This document shows, in pieces, positions 51,760 to 64,000 of a stretch of DNA of 64,000 nucleotides (positions within the stretch are counted from its first letter, which is position 1; every line of letters begins with the position of its first letter). Origin of the DNA: Phoronis australis (Eukaryota > Animalia > Phoronida). A program made the position numbers and the translations under genes. The stretch covers positions 343,556-407,555 of the forward strand of contig NMRA01000415.1 in NCBI GenBank assembly GCA_002633005.1, written 5' to 3'. A model generated the notes under the pieces. The model was not told the origin of the DNA. It made no database searches and saw nothing but the letters and a program-made list of their open reading frames with translations.

Positions 51760-54700
51760 GGACAATCAATAACAACACTTGAAAATCAACTCTACAAGCT
51801 GAAGCAAGAAAGTGGCTCTCAAATACACAGATTGAAACCTGATTTGGATGAGCTTGAGGGAAGACATCGTTATTGGTTTAGCAAAAAGAATTGGTGCTAC
51901 CGTTGAGAAGTCTGACATACAATGCAGTCATGGCATAGGTAAAAAATACAAAGGTAATGCCAAGATGAGGTCAATTATAATTAAATTTACGAATTACAAT
52001 GTACGAGCCAAATTCATGAAAAATAAGAAGACACTGAAAACTGAGGCCGGCAAGATTTATATATACACAAACCAGAATCACCAAAAAATGAGTGCAGTTG
52101 TACACGGCTTGTAGAGATCAAAAGGCAAGATTTAAGAGTTGGTGGACATACGTGTATGATGGAAGAATTCATTACAAAAACTGGGCTAAAGAAATCAAAC
52201 CGGCGAGCAGTATGGAAGATTACCCACTTATATACCGTAATCTGCACGAAAGACAGTTGAATTTCCTTTTTTCCATTAAGTTGATTAAGTTTTACAGTAA
52301 TTCCAATGTTTCACATTATCCATTTCACTTTCAACTGCTTTTGTAATGCATGTGCAATTTCCAAATTACAAGTGTAGCGTACCATAATTGTCAGGTACTC
52401 GGGACCCTGTTGAGAGACTTCTGTACTTCCGGTAGCCATTACTACAGTGTATGTATATGAGGATTAGCCTGTTTTTCCTTCAAGTTATTACATAGTTGTG
52501 ACCAACAAATCGTCTTCACAGCTAACATATACCTGCAATTCAGGTTATTTACAAGTTCGTGACAACCGTGTCGCTTAGTTTTTATTGTTGTGGCTGTGTT
52601 CTACGTTGTTCTATTTTGGTTTAAGCGTCATAGCTTCATGCTGAGCAATCTATCTGGGGGGCTATTTATGAGAGGGCTCTGTATTGCGTGTAGACACAGA
52701 GTGTAGGCAAACTCATTATTAATGTGTATGATCAGTTTGCTCAGTGCTGGTCTGCCGAAAAGTGCCAGACACATACTATAGAGCCATATCATTTTACTGA
52801 AATGGACTTACCCTTAAATTTCGTTCAACTTGTTTTTATGTGAATTAACCGTGTGGGCAATGTTTCTAAATGTTATTGTAGCCTCATTATCAAAAATACT
52901 GGGAGAATAAGCCTCACCATGAGGATCAGGTTCCGTTTGATTTCTATCCTGTGATGAGAGGAGACAGTGTGGCCTGGTTGATAAGTGGCCGCTTTCATTA
53001 CTCAAGGTCGTGGGTTCGAGTCACACCAGGTCACACTGCTAAACCCTTGAGCCAGGGTTCTAGCTCCTCAGCTCGGTTTTAACCATATATTAATAAAGCA
53101 TAAAAATATTTCCAGGTGATCAGTGCAATGGGCCCACATGCGAGGCCTGCGCACGTCTGGTACAACGTGTATCAGACCGCCTGCAATTATTTGTTTATCC
53201 TTTGATGATGTGGTACTCCGTGAAATCTAAAATGTACTTGTGGGTGTGTTTGTATGTTTTTTCTTTTATTTTGTTTGTATGTGGTGTGAACGGGTCAGGA
53301 TTGTGCCACTATTTTGAGTGTCATTTGATACATATGCATAACAGTTAAAATGATGACATGTGAATTTTAAGGAAACTCAATGAACTGCAGATGACACGGT
53401 CTCCATGAAAAACGAAGATGTTCTCAAATACTTACATGTACATGTAGGAGAAAAACAGCACTCCAATTATTGCCTGCAAGACACAAACTTTACTAAGAAA
53501 GAAGAATATTATATCAATGTTGGGAGATGACTCTTTTTTCAATTCAAATACTTCATACTCCGCGGAGTAGCAATCCACTTTAGGAACATGTTTGAGTATA
53601 AATTACATAACATTCGTCACGACTACAACTAATTTTGGGTATTACTATTAATGAGACAAGAATAACGTTAATTCATACGTATTATCCAAATAGGGACTCG
53701 CCGTCTTCTTGAAAGAATAAAACAAGATATTCAAAATATAGAAAATTACTCGGTTATTTGGGCAGGCGATTTTAATCTTGCGCTATAGAAACGCTTAATT
53801 ATCGACACGTTAATTACCCGAAGTCACGGATTAAGTTGATGGAGATTTTTACAGAATTGTGTATTGCTGATATGTGGCGGGAACTATACCCCAATAGTAA
53901 AGAATGCACTTGGGGAGCTGGAAGTAAACGATGCAGACTAAATTTTTTCTAATATCTGAAAATCTTTTCGCCGACATTGACGACTCCATAATAGAATTTG
54001 GTTAGCGGTCCGATCATTCGATGGTAATGTTTTTTTAAAGTGACGTTTCCAGGAGAAGGAAATCATTTTGGAAGTTTAATAACTCTCCTAAGAACTCTGA
54101 ATATATTGCTGCAGTCAAAGATACTACTAAATTAGTTAAACAACAATATATATATGTAAGTAACGACACTCGGGCAGTTGATAATACAAGTAATTCATAT
54201 TTACAAGTGTCAATCATTATAAATGATCAACTTTTTCTTGAAACGTTGTTGATGGAGATTCGCGGCAAAACAGTTTCTTTTGCTACTTACTTTATAAGAA
54301 ATGTGATAGAGCTAAGCAGCATTTTATCAAAGAAATAACCTTGTTGGAAAAAATTCTAAGCTTTGATAGGGAACTATTGGAACAGAAAATAATCGACTTC
54401 CCGAGCTAAGGCAAAATAAGTTTAGAGGTATTATGACTAGGTCGACAGCAAGATGGATTGAAGAGAGTGAAAATGTAAGTGTATGCATTTTTGTGGAAAT
54501 CTGACAATACTAAATTCAATAGTGAAGAAGAGGTTAACCAGGAAACCAAAATTTTATTATGCAAGTCTATACAAATATAGACATTCTAACAATACTGCTT
54601 TAAAATCTCTTCTTGATAAGGTTACTGTCTCCAAACTGAAAGAAAAATTAGGCCTTCTTACATACATGTTTGGAGAAGTCACATAACGCTTGAAAAAATG

Positions 54701-57262
54701 AAAAACAACAAGAGCCCAGGCTCTGATGTTTTTTCATTGGAATTTTTGAAATTTTGTTGGGCTGACATTGGACATTTCGTTCTTCGCTCACTTAATACTG
54801 GTTTTGCTGTTGGCCAGTTAACATCAAAACATAAAGAGGGCGTGATTACCAGCAACCCTAAGGGAGCAGATAAAAGTAAACATTATTTGAATAACTGGAG
54901 ACCCATATCCTTACTCAATGTGACGTATAAATTGGCTTCTTCGGCTGTGGTTGAACGGTTGAAATCCGTTTTAGGAAATCTAGTCAATAAGGATCAGACA
55001 GGTTTCGTTTCTGGAAGAAATATGAACGAAAATATCCGCGTGCTATATTATTAAAAATGTTTCACGCCCAGGCAGCCAACAAACCAGGATTGCTTTTACT
55101 GATTGACTTTTAGAAGGCATATGATTCATTGTTGTGGATTATTATTTAAGAAAATTATCTTTCCTCAATTTTGGTGGGTCGATCAGAAGGTGGGCGAAAG
55201 TCTTTTACAGTAATGTTCACTCCTAAGTTGTAGTAAATGGTCACCCATTTTCCTGTTTCAATATTTCGCATGGCTGTAGGCAAGGTAAACATTTGCCTCC
55301 TTGTATTTTCATATTGCGCGAGGAGATTTTGACGTATTTAATCCAGAATAATAAAAAACATTGCTTGTGTAGTTGCACAAAAAAGATTTTTTTGATTTTG
55401 CAACATGCTGATGACACATCCATTACGTTGGATGGGCCGACCTTGTCATTGAATAGCCCAATGAATGGTCTAAATTTGTTTGCTAGTGTCTCCGGTCTCC
55501 AAGTGATTGCGGATAAAACAAAAGCCATATGGTTTGGAAGTAAAATCGGTATTGATGACGTGATTCCTACAAAAGAAAGTCTGTCTTGGACAAAAACAAT
55601 CTTTTAGATTTTTGAGGGTGGATTTTGACACCCAATTGGATAGTATGAAACATAAGAACTTCAATGCAACAATAACTGAGATTATGTCTTTATAAAAATG
55701 AGTCGACGAAATTCAACCCCGTTTGATAGAGTGACTGCAATTAAAGCATTAGCTTTTTCTAAACTTGATTTTTTGTCGCCAAACTTACCAAATCTACCAG
55801 TACAAGTCTTGGGTGAATTGAATACGACATTTTTTAGATTTGTATGGCAGGCTCGTAATGAAAAAATAAACAAACTACTGCCTGTTTAGGACTTGATCAG
55901 GGGGGACTTCAAATGCTTAATATGCATACATGTACTTTCAGCAAAGCGTTAGAACTCCCCATTGCCCGTACATGTAGATATCTTGGAAGCCCGGTGTATA
56001 AAAGTGATGAATTACCTTACTCACTCTAACCTTTCTTAAAGAATTTTGACTCATTTGGAGATGACAATATTAAATGGAATTTAACTCTAATTGGTAATTC
56101 CTACATCCGCGACGTATATGGAAGGATCATATATTTCCAGCAGAAAATAATTGTTGCGTGTAAAGAGGACTTTTTGAATATACCTTTGTGGTTTAATAGT
56201 ATCTTGGCGATCGGAGGCTCAAGTGTTTTTTATAAGCCTTTTTTGTAAAAGGCTAAAGATTTATTAGAGATATGTATACCTCTGACGGCGATTTCGTAAA
56301 GTTGAACCATATGAAAAATGGGTTCGATGTTAAAACCAACTTTGTAGAATATAAGGATGATTTTGTTCTAAGAAGGTTTCAAAAAGCTTATTTCAAAGTA
56401 AATTTTAAAGTGTTAATGTCTGCTATCCGTGCATGCCTTTTAGCAATTACTAACTTACCGGAAAAAACTTGAAGGGTTGTAGACGTATTTGTTCAGTTTT
56501 TAATGCCGTTAAGAAACCTTCTAAGTCTGAGTGTAACTCGGAAACAGAGTTATGAGATAGTTTAGATTGGAAGAAAATATGGGTATTGCCTTATGAAATT
56601 ACAAAGGATCCGAACATTAGATGGTACAAATTTAGAATGCTACACAGGATTATTGCAACAAATACATGTACCTTTTTAGTCAAAATCCGTGTAAGGAATT
56701 CTAATTAAGTTCCTTTTGTAATATAGCTCCAGAGACGCTGTCACCTGGTACAAGATTTCTGGAACGAATTCGGAAAGCTCCTTCAAAGGTTTCGCATTCA
56801 GCTTCCCAAAATAATGTCTCTCTTGCGAACGTGTTGTTCTTGGACTTTATGAGACTCACGATTTTCGTTTTAACATTTTGCTTCTACTAGCAAAGCAATG
56901 CATTTACAAGGAGAGGTGTCACAAAAATATACCTAATTTTCACAAGTTCGTTACATATACTTATGAGTACTATAAGGGTGAAAAATTAACTGCATATAAA
57001 ATCTTTGTAAATATATAGACGCTGAGGTTAGCCAGTAATGAAATATTTGATTTTTCTAAATAAAAATTTTGTATATGACACCTTTCTCAGCGAAAGGGGA
57101 AAATTTCATTGTTCACGTTAACTCCATGTAGAAGTAGTTTGCTTTATACGAGATACGAGAATGGTGTTTTCTGAGGTTTGTATGCGTCAATAAATGGAAG
57201 TACGTATTTGCTCATTTGTTTTTTGTACTTTTTGTAGATGATAATAAATACCTGAAAAAAAA
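51760..57262 (+). mobile_element. Near full-length but dead Tx1/L1-type LINE (ORF1 remnant 51790-52250; ORF2 ~53340-57060)
   Basis: ORF1-like SDIQCSHGIGK...RSIIIKFTNYNVR. APE remnants CLQDT, GDFN and SDH. RT motifs NNKSPGSD, NWRPISLLNVTYKLAS, DQTGFVSGR, GCRQG and QHADDT. AATAAA plus an A-run near 57243-57263. Many stops and frameshifts. Confidence 0.92.
52961..53130 (+). mobile_element. tRNA-derived SINE head inserted between LINE ORF1 and ORF2
   Basis: A-box-like TGGCCTGGTTG and B-box GGTTCGAGTC (53013), followed by CCCTTGAGCCAGG. No intact cloverleaf. Confidence 0.6.
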
Positions 57263-59889
57263 ATCAGTTTTTCGTTCGTTCAAATATTAAGCTTTCTGAA
57301 AACTATATTGGTGATCAAAATATTTTTTTTTCAAGTTTTTGGAGTTTGATTATTTTTTGATATTTGATTTTTGGTGTTTTTCAAACGTATAAATCCTTCG
57401 GTTACTCGGCATTTTGTCGTCTGCCTGCGCATCAACCTATTTTGTATTGCTATTAGTATAGTGGTTGTTTTGTCACCATCTTAGCTACCTAAATTTTTTT
57501 AGTTTTCGGTTTAATGTAAGCTAGATTATGCCTCGCATATGTCTATTTTCTACGTCTGTTTCGTACTCTTAGCAATGTATACAGAGTGCACCAAAATCCA
57601 GGGAAATACTAAGGCACTCGCCCAGTCGATTAGATATTTCAAGGACATCACTAAACTATGAGAACCGTTAACATTTCGCGTAATGTGCAGACATTTTAGT
57701 TGAAATTACTTTTGCATCGTGCTTGAGTTTTATCATATGCCTAACTTGTCTCGTAATGGATAAACCAAGGGTTAATTGTACGCGAACTTTTCACTCGGTC
57801 AACTTCTCAACTAGCCTTTTTCAACTGTAGTTTATACCCTGGATTTACCACCAATATTCTCTCTACAGAATAGCATGATATAAACTTTAGATATGTATTT
57901 GGGAAATTTCAGGCAATGACATTGACGATTCCATTGCATTTCACTTTCCAATCAGGTAACCTGTAGTAACATAACATTTAGCCTACATTAAAGATTAAAA
58001 ATTCTGCAATTGGCCAACTCGACCAAGTTTCCAGTAATTAGTATTACAAGCGGCAGCATCACCAACTTGAAGCAATCAGTTATGAATGTATACAAAGAGA
58101 GGAGAAAGTCAATGTAACCAATTGTGTGGCATTCCATCACAGTCCCGTATAACAAGTTCTTTCTGTTGAAATATAGAGTTTCTGGGGTCCTACTCATAAA
58201 AGTGACAAAAAGACAGAAACTCAGTCTTACACTCCCATTTCACGATTGGTGTATGAAGTTTTGGTCAAGTAATTATGAGCGCATCATAGTCAAAAACTAA
58301 TTAATAACGCTTAATCGTCGTGAGAGACCGTCCCGAGTTGGTATGGGTGCAACTCGGGACGGTCTGGGGTCTACAGAAAACCATAGTTCAACTGTGTGTC
58401 TACACCAATGTGATAAACGAGAGGAATTCTACTTGCTGCATCAGCTGCTGGTATGCTTATCTCTTTTATGACACACAATGTGCGACTGGGCAAAGCGTTT
58501 TCAAAATAATGTGGATAAATCAGTGGAGTGTGAAACCACTGAGGTCCCTGTCAAGTCCTCACGGCAATTTTACGTTATGATAACAGTGATCTCAGTAAAA
58601 GCAGTGATGTGTATATTATCAAGTGAGTTACAACTTGGAAGTCCTTACGTAAAGCAAAAGGACAAATTCCTTTCTGAATCTTTTAACAGTCACTTCATGA
58701 AACGGAACCCAGGATTGAATTTCTCAATCGTATATATTTTGTTTTTGAAATAGGCATATCAATTTACAGTAATAAACAAATGCAGCAAAAACGAAACATA
58801 AAATAACTGAGTAAAGAAATTCACGAAATGCTGTTTGCTAAAAGCAATACGGCGCCAGGTTTTGTTCTCGTCTGCTCTCTTCGTGCTACTGTTCACTTAA
58901 AAGTTCCAAACGAAAATTTGTTTCGGGGTCCCATTTCTTCAAGTTACAGTGTGTATGTGCATTGTGCTAAGCCCTAAGATGTAGGTTAGTATACAGTAGG
59001 TTAGTAAATAAACCGTGGCTGCTGAAACATTATTCAAAAAGTTGTTACCGACAGGTGCTCATAGCTTTTGGTGCGACGAGCTGAAGATTGATTCTAGTTA
59101 ATCGCTTTATTAAACTTGACTGTACGTTTACAAGTCTACTCAAGCAGAACGCCCGACGTAATATCTGTTCTACACTACAGGCGTGTTCCAGCTAGTGCTG
59201 CGAAGCTTTGGCTAGTGATGAAGTTCAGAGATTGTTCCAATGACTGCTGAATTTATCACAGTGGAAAATGTTTTGACGATCCTGTTACGAAAGATTGAAT
59301 TTATCAAATATGATTTCATTTACAAAATAGGATATCAGGTAAACACTACTCCCTATCCCGAAGCTACATGTATACTTGTTCGAAGGTTCACTAGTCCGAA
59401 GGTTTACAACTCAAAAAAAATATAAAGTGTCGGACTGAGGTGTAATTTTATACTTTTTGTGATCATTATATTTGAAAAAAGGGAGTTATATACACAAAAC
59501 GTATCGAGCGAAGCGTACATGAAATAGACGTTATTTCGCGTATCGACCGAGACGGAACATTTATCCCATACTGTATGTATCGACTTCGTGAGTTTCCTTT
59601 GTTTCATTTTATAAATACTTCACCCTGACTGTTTATGTCGCTAATTACAATAATTTGTTGTGTATGTACGTGCGCGTTGTGTTGCGAACTTACTTTAGTA
59701 AAAGAAAATAGTTTTAATTGTAAAGGTTTATTACTTGAAATTGATAAAAAGTGTGAAAACGACAGTTATCGTGCTTTGAACGTGTATCATATTTCCAAAA
59801 TAAAAAATAACTAGAATATTTATAACATAGTAAAATCCTCATCGGGTAGCTGCACTCATTTATGAAACTAGGTCATTGACCGGAGAGCG

Positions 59890-60230
59890 TAGCCTACACG
59901 TCGTCTGCTTTCAAGAAGATGTTATATGTGCCGCCGTTGATGACAGCTCCGGCGAATATGTTTGTTTTAGCGTTGTTGCAGGTAGGTTGTCGCATTTCTA
60001 CAGATTCTGTAGCCTTGGTACAAAGCTTTATAGTAAATATACGACAGTCTGTTGATAAAACTAGCTGGCTGGCTTTGGATTCTGTAGCATGGATATGTTC
60101 ACGTGTTGCTGGGGAGTTCGTCGTTGCTGCTCGTGTAATATACAGTCGCCGATAGACGGATAGTATCAGGTACTGTGATGTCCTGTGACAACAATGTTTG
60201 ATATTGGAGGGGAATCGGTGCCTGAGTTAC
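59890..60230 (-). mobile_element. Possible Crypton/DUF3504-like C-terminal remnant
   Basis: Minus-strand pieces IVVTGHHS and NIFAGAVINGGTYNIFL* loosely resemble tyrosine-recombinase C-termini; broken by stops. Confidence 0.25.
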
Positions 60231-61599
60231 AGACGATATATCTTGGCAATTGAAAACTGAGACAGAACTGTCTTATAATTAACAGTCCAGTTCCAGATGT
60301 TACGACTGAAACCTAGTTGCATGTCGAGTGGTATTTATACTGCTACAATTGTATTACTTTAAGGTATTTTCCGGCTAACGACGTCGAGTCGACATTGACC
60401 TACCTTCAATGTCAGAGGTCACTGTTGAAGTAGTGCGGGAGGTGAATACGGGGAACATTATGACATTTTTTCGAAAGATTCAACGCGTATGCGATAAATT
60501 CCAATACCTTTTTGCCTCTGATTGAAGATTTCGGAAATTTGATGAGGAAATCTGACAGCACTGTCGATTGGTGTGCAACATGTTCTGCCACTGCAAGCAA
60601 GGAGGTCTCCAAATGCCATGCTTAATTTCTTTACGCAGAAAGTATTACCAACAATCGCCCATGTAGTGTAAGAGTTTAATAAGTATTGATGTCAGACTAC
60701 ACTTTGACCAGGGCATATTTTCTGAACTTTGACTTGTCAACATTACTGCGAAAGGGTTGAATCCTGGTCATTTTGTTGAATCACGCTAAGGCAACGACTA
60801 GGGAATATTCTGTGAACTGGGCGACTTCCCTAAGGACAGTGGTGAAGGGATTGTTTGGTGATCTTAGCTGTCGAAATGCTTCAGGAAGAGTTATCTGCAA
60901 GATAATCTAGATACAGATTTACATATAAGTAAGCAATACTTGGTTGTTACTTTTTCAGAGTAAATCCACAAAAGGTCCCGAGATTGGTGTACATGAGGCA
61001 TAGTGTAATATCCCACGAGATATTATTCCGCGTATCGAGCGAGACCGAAAGACGGGGACAAAACGCAGAATAATGTCGAGTGAGATTTTACTTATTCTAC
61101 GCCAATCGACGTACGTTTTGTATACATGTATATCCCATACGTTTGAAAGTAACATTTTCCTGTCATTTTAGGCAATTTTATTAAATACTTTACCCAGTTT
61201 ACATGGCGGATCACACGCTATATGTATGTTCTTGCAAGTTAGGTTACATGATTTTTCTAGTTAGTGAGAAAAAAAATGGTTGAGACGAACCACCTTGGAA
61301 CTGCAAAACCGCGTTAAAATGTGATTGGCCCTACTAACTTACCCCAGGGGAAAGGTTACAGGAATGTCACTCGACTTTCATCACCCGCCAGGCATTGAGC
61401 AACTTTATTGCCTCAGTCCTTTCATTCAAAAATTCGCCATCTACAGGCCCATAGCCAGCATTGCGAAGGGAGTGGTTCGAGTTTTTGGAACGTTGTACCT
61501 TTGATATTTTGAAAAGATCGACTCGGTATAGTTTTCGGTTTGGTTCTTGATGCAACTAATTAGCGGAAGGGAAATCTGTATACACAACGATGACTTTCA

Positions 61600-62690
61600 G
61601 CCTTTTGTTCCTGAGATAAGACACTGTGCCGTGACGGTTGCTCGTAAAGAATGGGAGTCAAATTCGGTTATGTAATGCGGTCCAAAAAGGGAACATTCTC
61701 GCGTTACATTCCGCCAAACTTTCAAATCAGGCGTGCTTAAGTACATACTCGGACGGAATTCGTCAGTCTGAGTATGACTAGCCGAAATTATTATATGGTT
61801 GTATTTTTGCTTGTTACTTACATCTCTGCTAATGGGAACAGCCCACAATCCTGAAGGTTCACCACTCCGAAGACTCCCCACATCGACAATATGTAAATAT
61901 TCGAACCCAGTTTTAATTTTTCTGATTTCGCATGCAAAAGTAAACGATACTCCGGTTATCAGATGCGCTGAATGGTGTACTTAAGCCGAAAACAACGTCC
62001 GGGTACTATTGATTTCATGTGCATACGTGCAAGAAATTGCCCGCATATCTTACTAATATGGAAAATTACGTACGTTCTTGCATTTCTAAACTGAGTATAC
62101 CAAACCCGGATCTGGCCTATTGATAGATGCTAAAAATGACTTTCCCATCCAGCACTAAAACCACATAATACTCTATAACCGCTGACAACCCTCAAATTTT
62201 TCTGAAAAACTCCTTTAAAAGTTTTCTAAACGGGCAAGCTTGACTTGCGTTTTTGCGAATTACCTGGCAACTGTGGGAAAGGTCCGCCCACTAAGGACCA
62301 TTTTGCCCAATCTGTGACATGGGGTGTATGAATTTTCAATCAATTCCTTCATTAAAAAGGATTCTAAGCCCTATTTTGATTTTCAACCAATCCTCGTTCT
62401 CTCACTTGCTGATGCATCATTGGCGTCAATCTTGAAAGATAAAGCAATAATTCATACCCACTATTTGATGAATTGGACAGTATGGTCCTTGGTGGGTGAT
62501 CTATTCCCCATAGATGCCGCGTAACTCGCTAAAAGCGTAGGATCATAGCTGTACATTTAGCAGAATTTGCAAGTTTTCTAGTTTTCCTTAAAATTTCAGA
62601 CGATTGTCGAGACGTTACAGAGCATTATTTTGTTTAGAGAACTGGATGGGGAAGTCGTTTTTAGTATCTATTTGTAGAATTAAACGGATT
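61600..62690 (-). repeat. Inverted diverged copy of the 36350-37340 repeat; a further short direct copy lies at 62716-62800
   Basis: Reverse-complement matches to the segments listed for 36350-37340. Confidence 0.8.
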
Positions 62691-63889
62691 TGGTATACTT
62701 TTTACTTGGAAGAATGACGCCAGTGATGCATTAGCAGGTGACAGAACGCGGATTGGTGGAAATCATCAAAACAAGGTTTAGTATCCCTCTAACAGAATAC
62801 AAAGTAGGATATTGATGAATTATTACCTCACCCGACGGAACTGTGCTCACGGCCGGTCGAAACTAAGTGAAGCTAGAAGGCTGCCCTGTCCCTGCCAGTC
62901 TTCACAAAGTCACAGTCCCATTCAGACTCCTTCAGTTTAAAATCGTCGTTGGTCGCCGCAGCCCTTACCCGTGCCCCAGATGTCCCTGCTTGGGAAAGAG
63001 TCGTTAGTTACATGTAGGTTCAAGAATCACGAATGGCAGTGATTCGAACTGAGCTCATTTGTAAACATTACAATTAATGTTTTAAGAACTATTCTACTCG
63101 TCCATACCCTTTTAATGGTTACTAAATGGGACACAAATACAATATGTCATTCATGTCAGTTACGACTCATTAGCAGACAGTTCGAGCAATGAACCTTCGG
63201 GTAGGGAAATTTCAGAGTAGTGCAACTTCGGAGTAGGGAACGTTCGGAATAGTGACACGAAACTTTGGAAATCTTTTCATCAAGTTTGTTGCTCGTATGA
63301 AGTCTGCGAGGCTGTGCCCCATTCCCAATGATTGACAAGGGAACACTTTCTTCATTGAACCAAGTTTTATCTGGTCTAGACCTGCTTTTCCCTAATACTG
63401 TGAACATGCTCGATTCCTCAGTGCGAGAACAAACGCTAGTTAAATATCTGGTTTTGTTTGAGCAACGACAGAGGACCATCTAGAGTGAACTTACCGTCGA
63501 CGTGTACAGATTTGAAAAGAATGGAAACGCGCACACATGTACACACGCATGTATGTCAATCCTCTCATCCACAACCAAAGTGGACACTGAAGCAACAACA
63601 ATCATTTGGCGATCACCCTCAATTTGAAATGTCTCCACCTTACCGTACGATTATGCTATCAAATACACCAAAAAATAGCAGATGGCAATTACATTTTCTG
63701 CTATTTGTATCTTGGTCGATTTTAAGACATTCACGTCACACTACGTTTTGAGAGCTCTTTCGCTGCTTTAAACCTTAGCTACAGTGTAATTACATACAAT
63801 CACTTCTAGACTTCTTTGTTACTCTTTGGTATATCGTTGGCCAAATGTGGGAACGTTAAATAACGTGCGTAAGAAACTACTTGCTGGAG

Positions 63890-63990
63890 TCGAAATTAAT
63901 TGTTGCGTAAAGAAATCGTTCGTGGCGTTAAATATTTATTTACGGCGTAAACTAATTATTTGCGGCGTACAGTACTTATTTGCGGCGTAA
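63890..63990 (+). repeat. ~20-bp tandem repeat (TTATTTGCGGCGTAA), probably a transposon subterminal array
   Basis: Four to five diverged copies at the right edge of the window. Confidence 0.6.
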
Positions 63991-64000
63991 GGCAACTTTT

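Noticed and set aside
52961-53040. tRNA-like sequence
   Set aside because: A and B boxes are present but there is no coherent cloverleaf; better explained as a SINE head.
58918-58945. Minus-strand CTTGAAGA...CCGAAAC hammerhead-like string
   Set aside because: Stem II is weak, stems I and III are absent, and no Penelope remnant is nearby.

Overview
AT-rich, intron-rich eukaryotic DNA, most likely from a marine invertebrate (TACATGTA is strongly enriched; the taxon cannot be fixed from sequence alone). The ORF track is mostly noise because the real genes are spliced. Three spliced genes were reconstructed by hand. (1) The first three coding exons of a Zn-dependent MDR alcohol dehydrogenase on the minus strand (8742->820; the gene runs off the left edge). 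(2) An unrecognised ~60-aa secreted peptide precursor (24506-26363+): signal peptide, FTANVMGARID, RR, then an acidic tail. (3) A complete CS-alpha-beta defensin-like precursor (41222-45290): signal peptide, acidic propiece, RSRR site and a 29-aa six-cysteine peptide. The two peptide genes sit behind colinear, diverged copies of the same upstream blocks, which suggests an old tandem duplication and possibly a small secreted-peptide/immune-effector cluster. The rest is mostly transposon debris: a roughly six-layer nest of insertions at 9.6-19.1 kb, degenerate RTE, RTE-X-like and Tx1/L1 LINEs, Penelope fragments, MITEs, a SINE and minisatellites. Coordinates were read by eye; exon boundaries are exact, repeat boundaries approximate.
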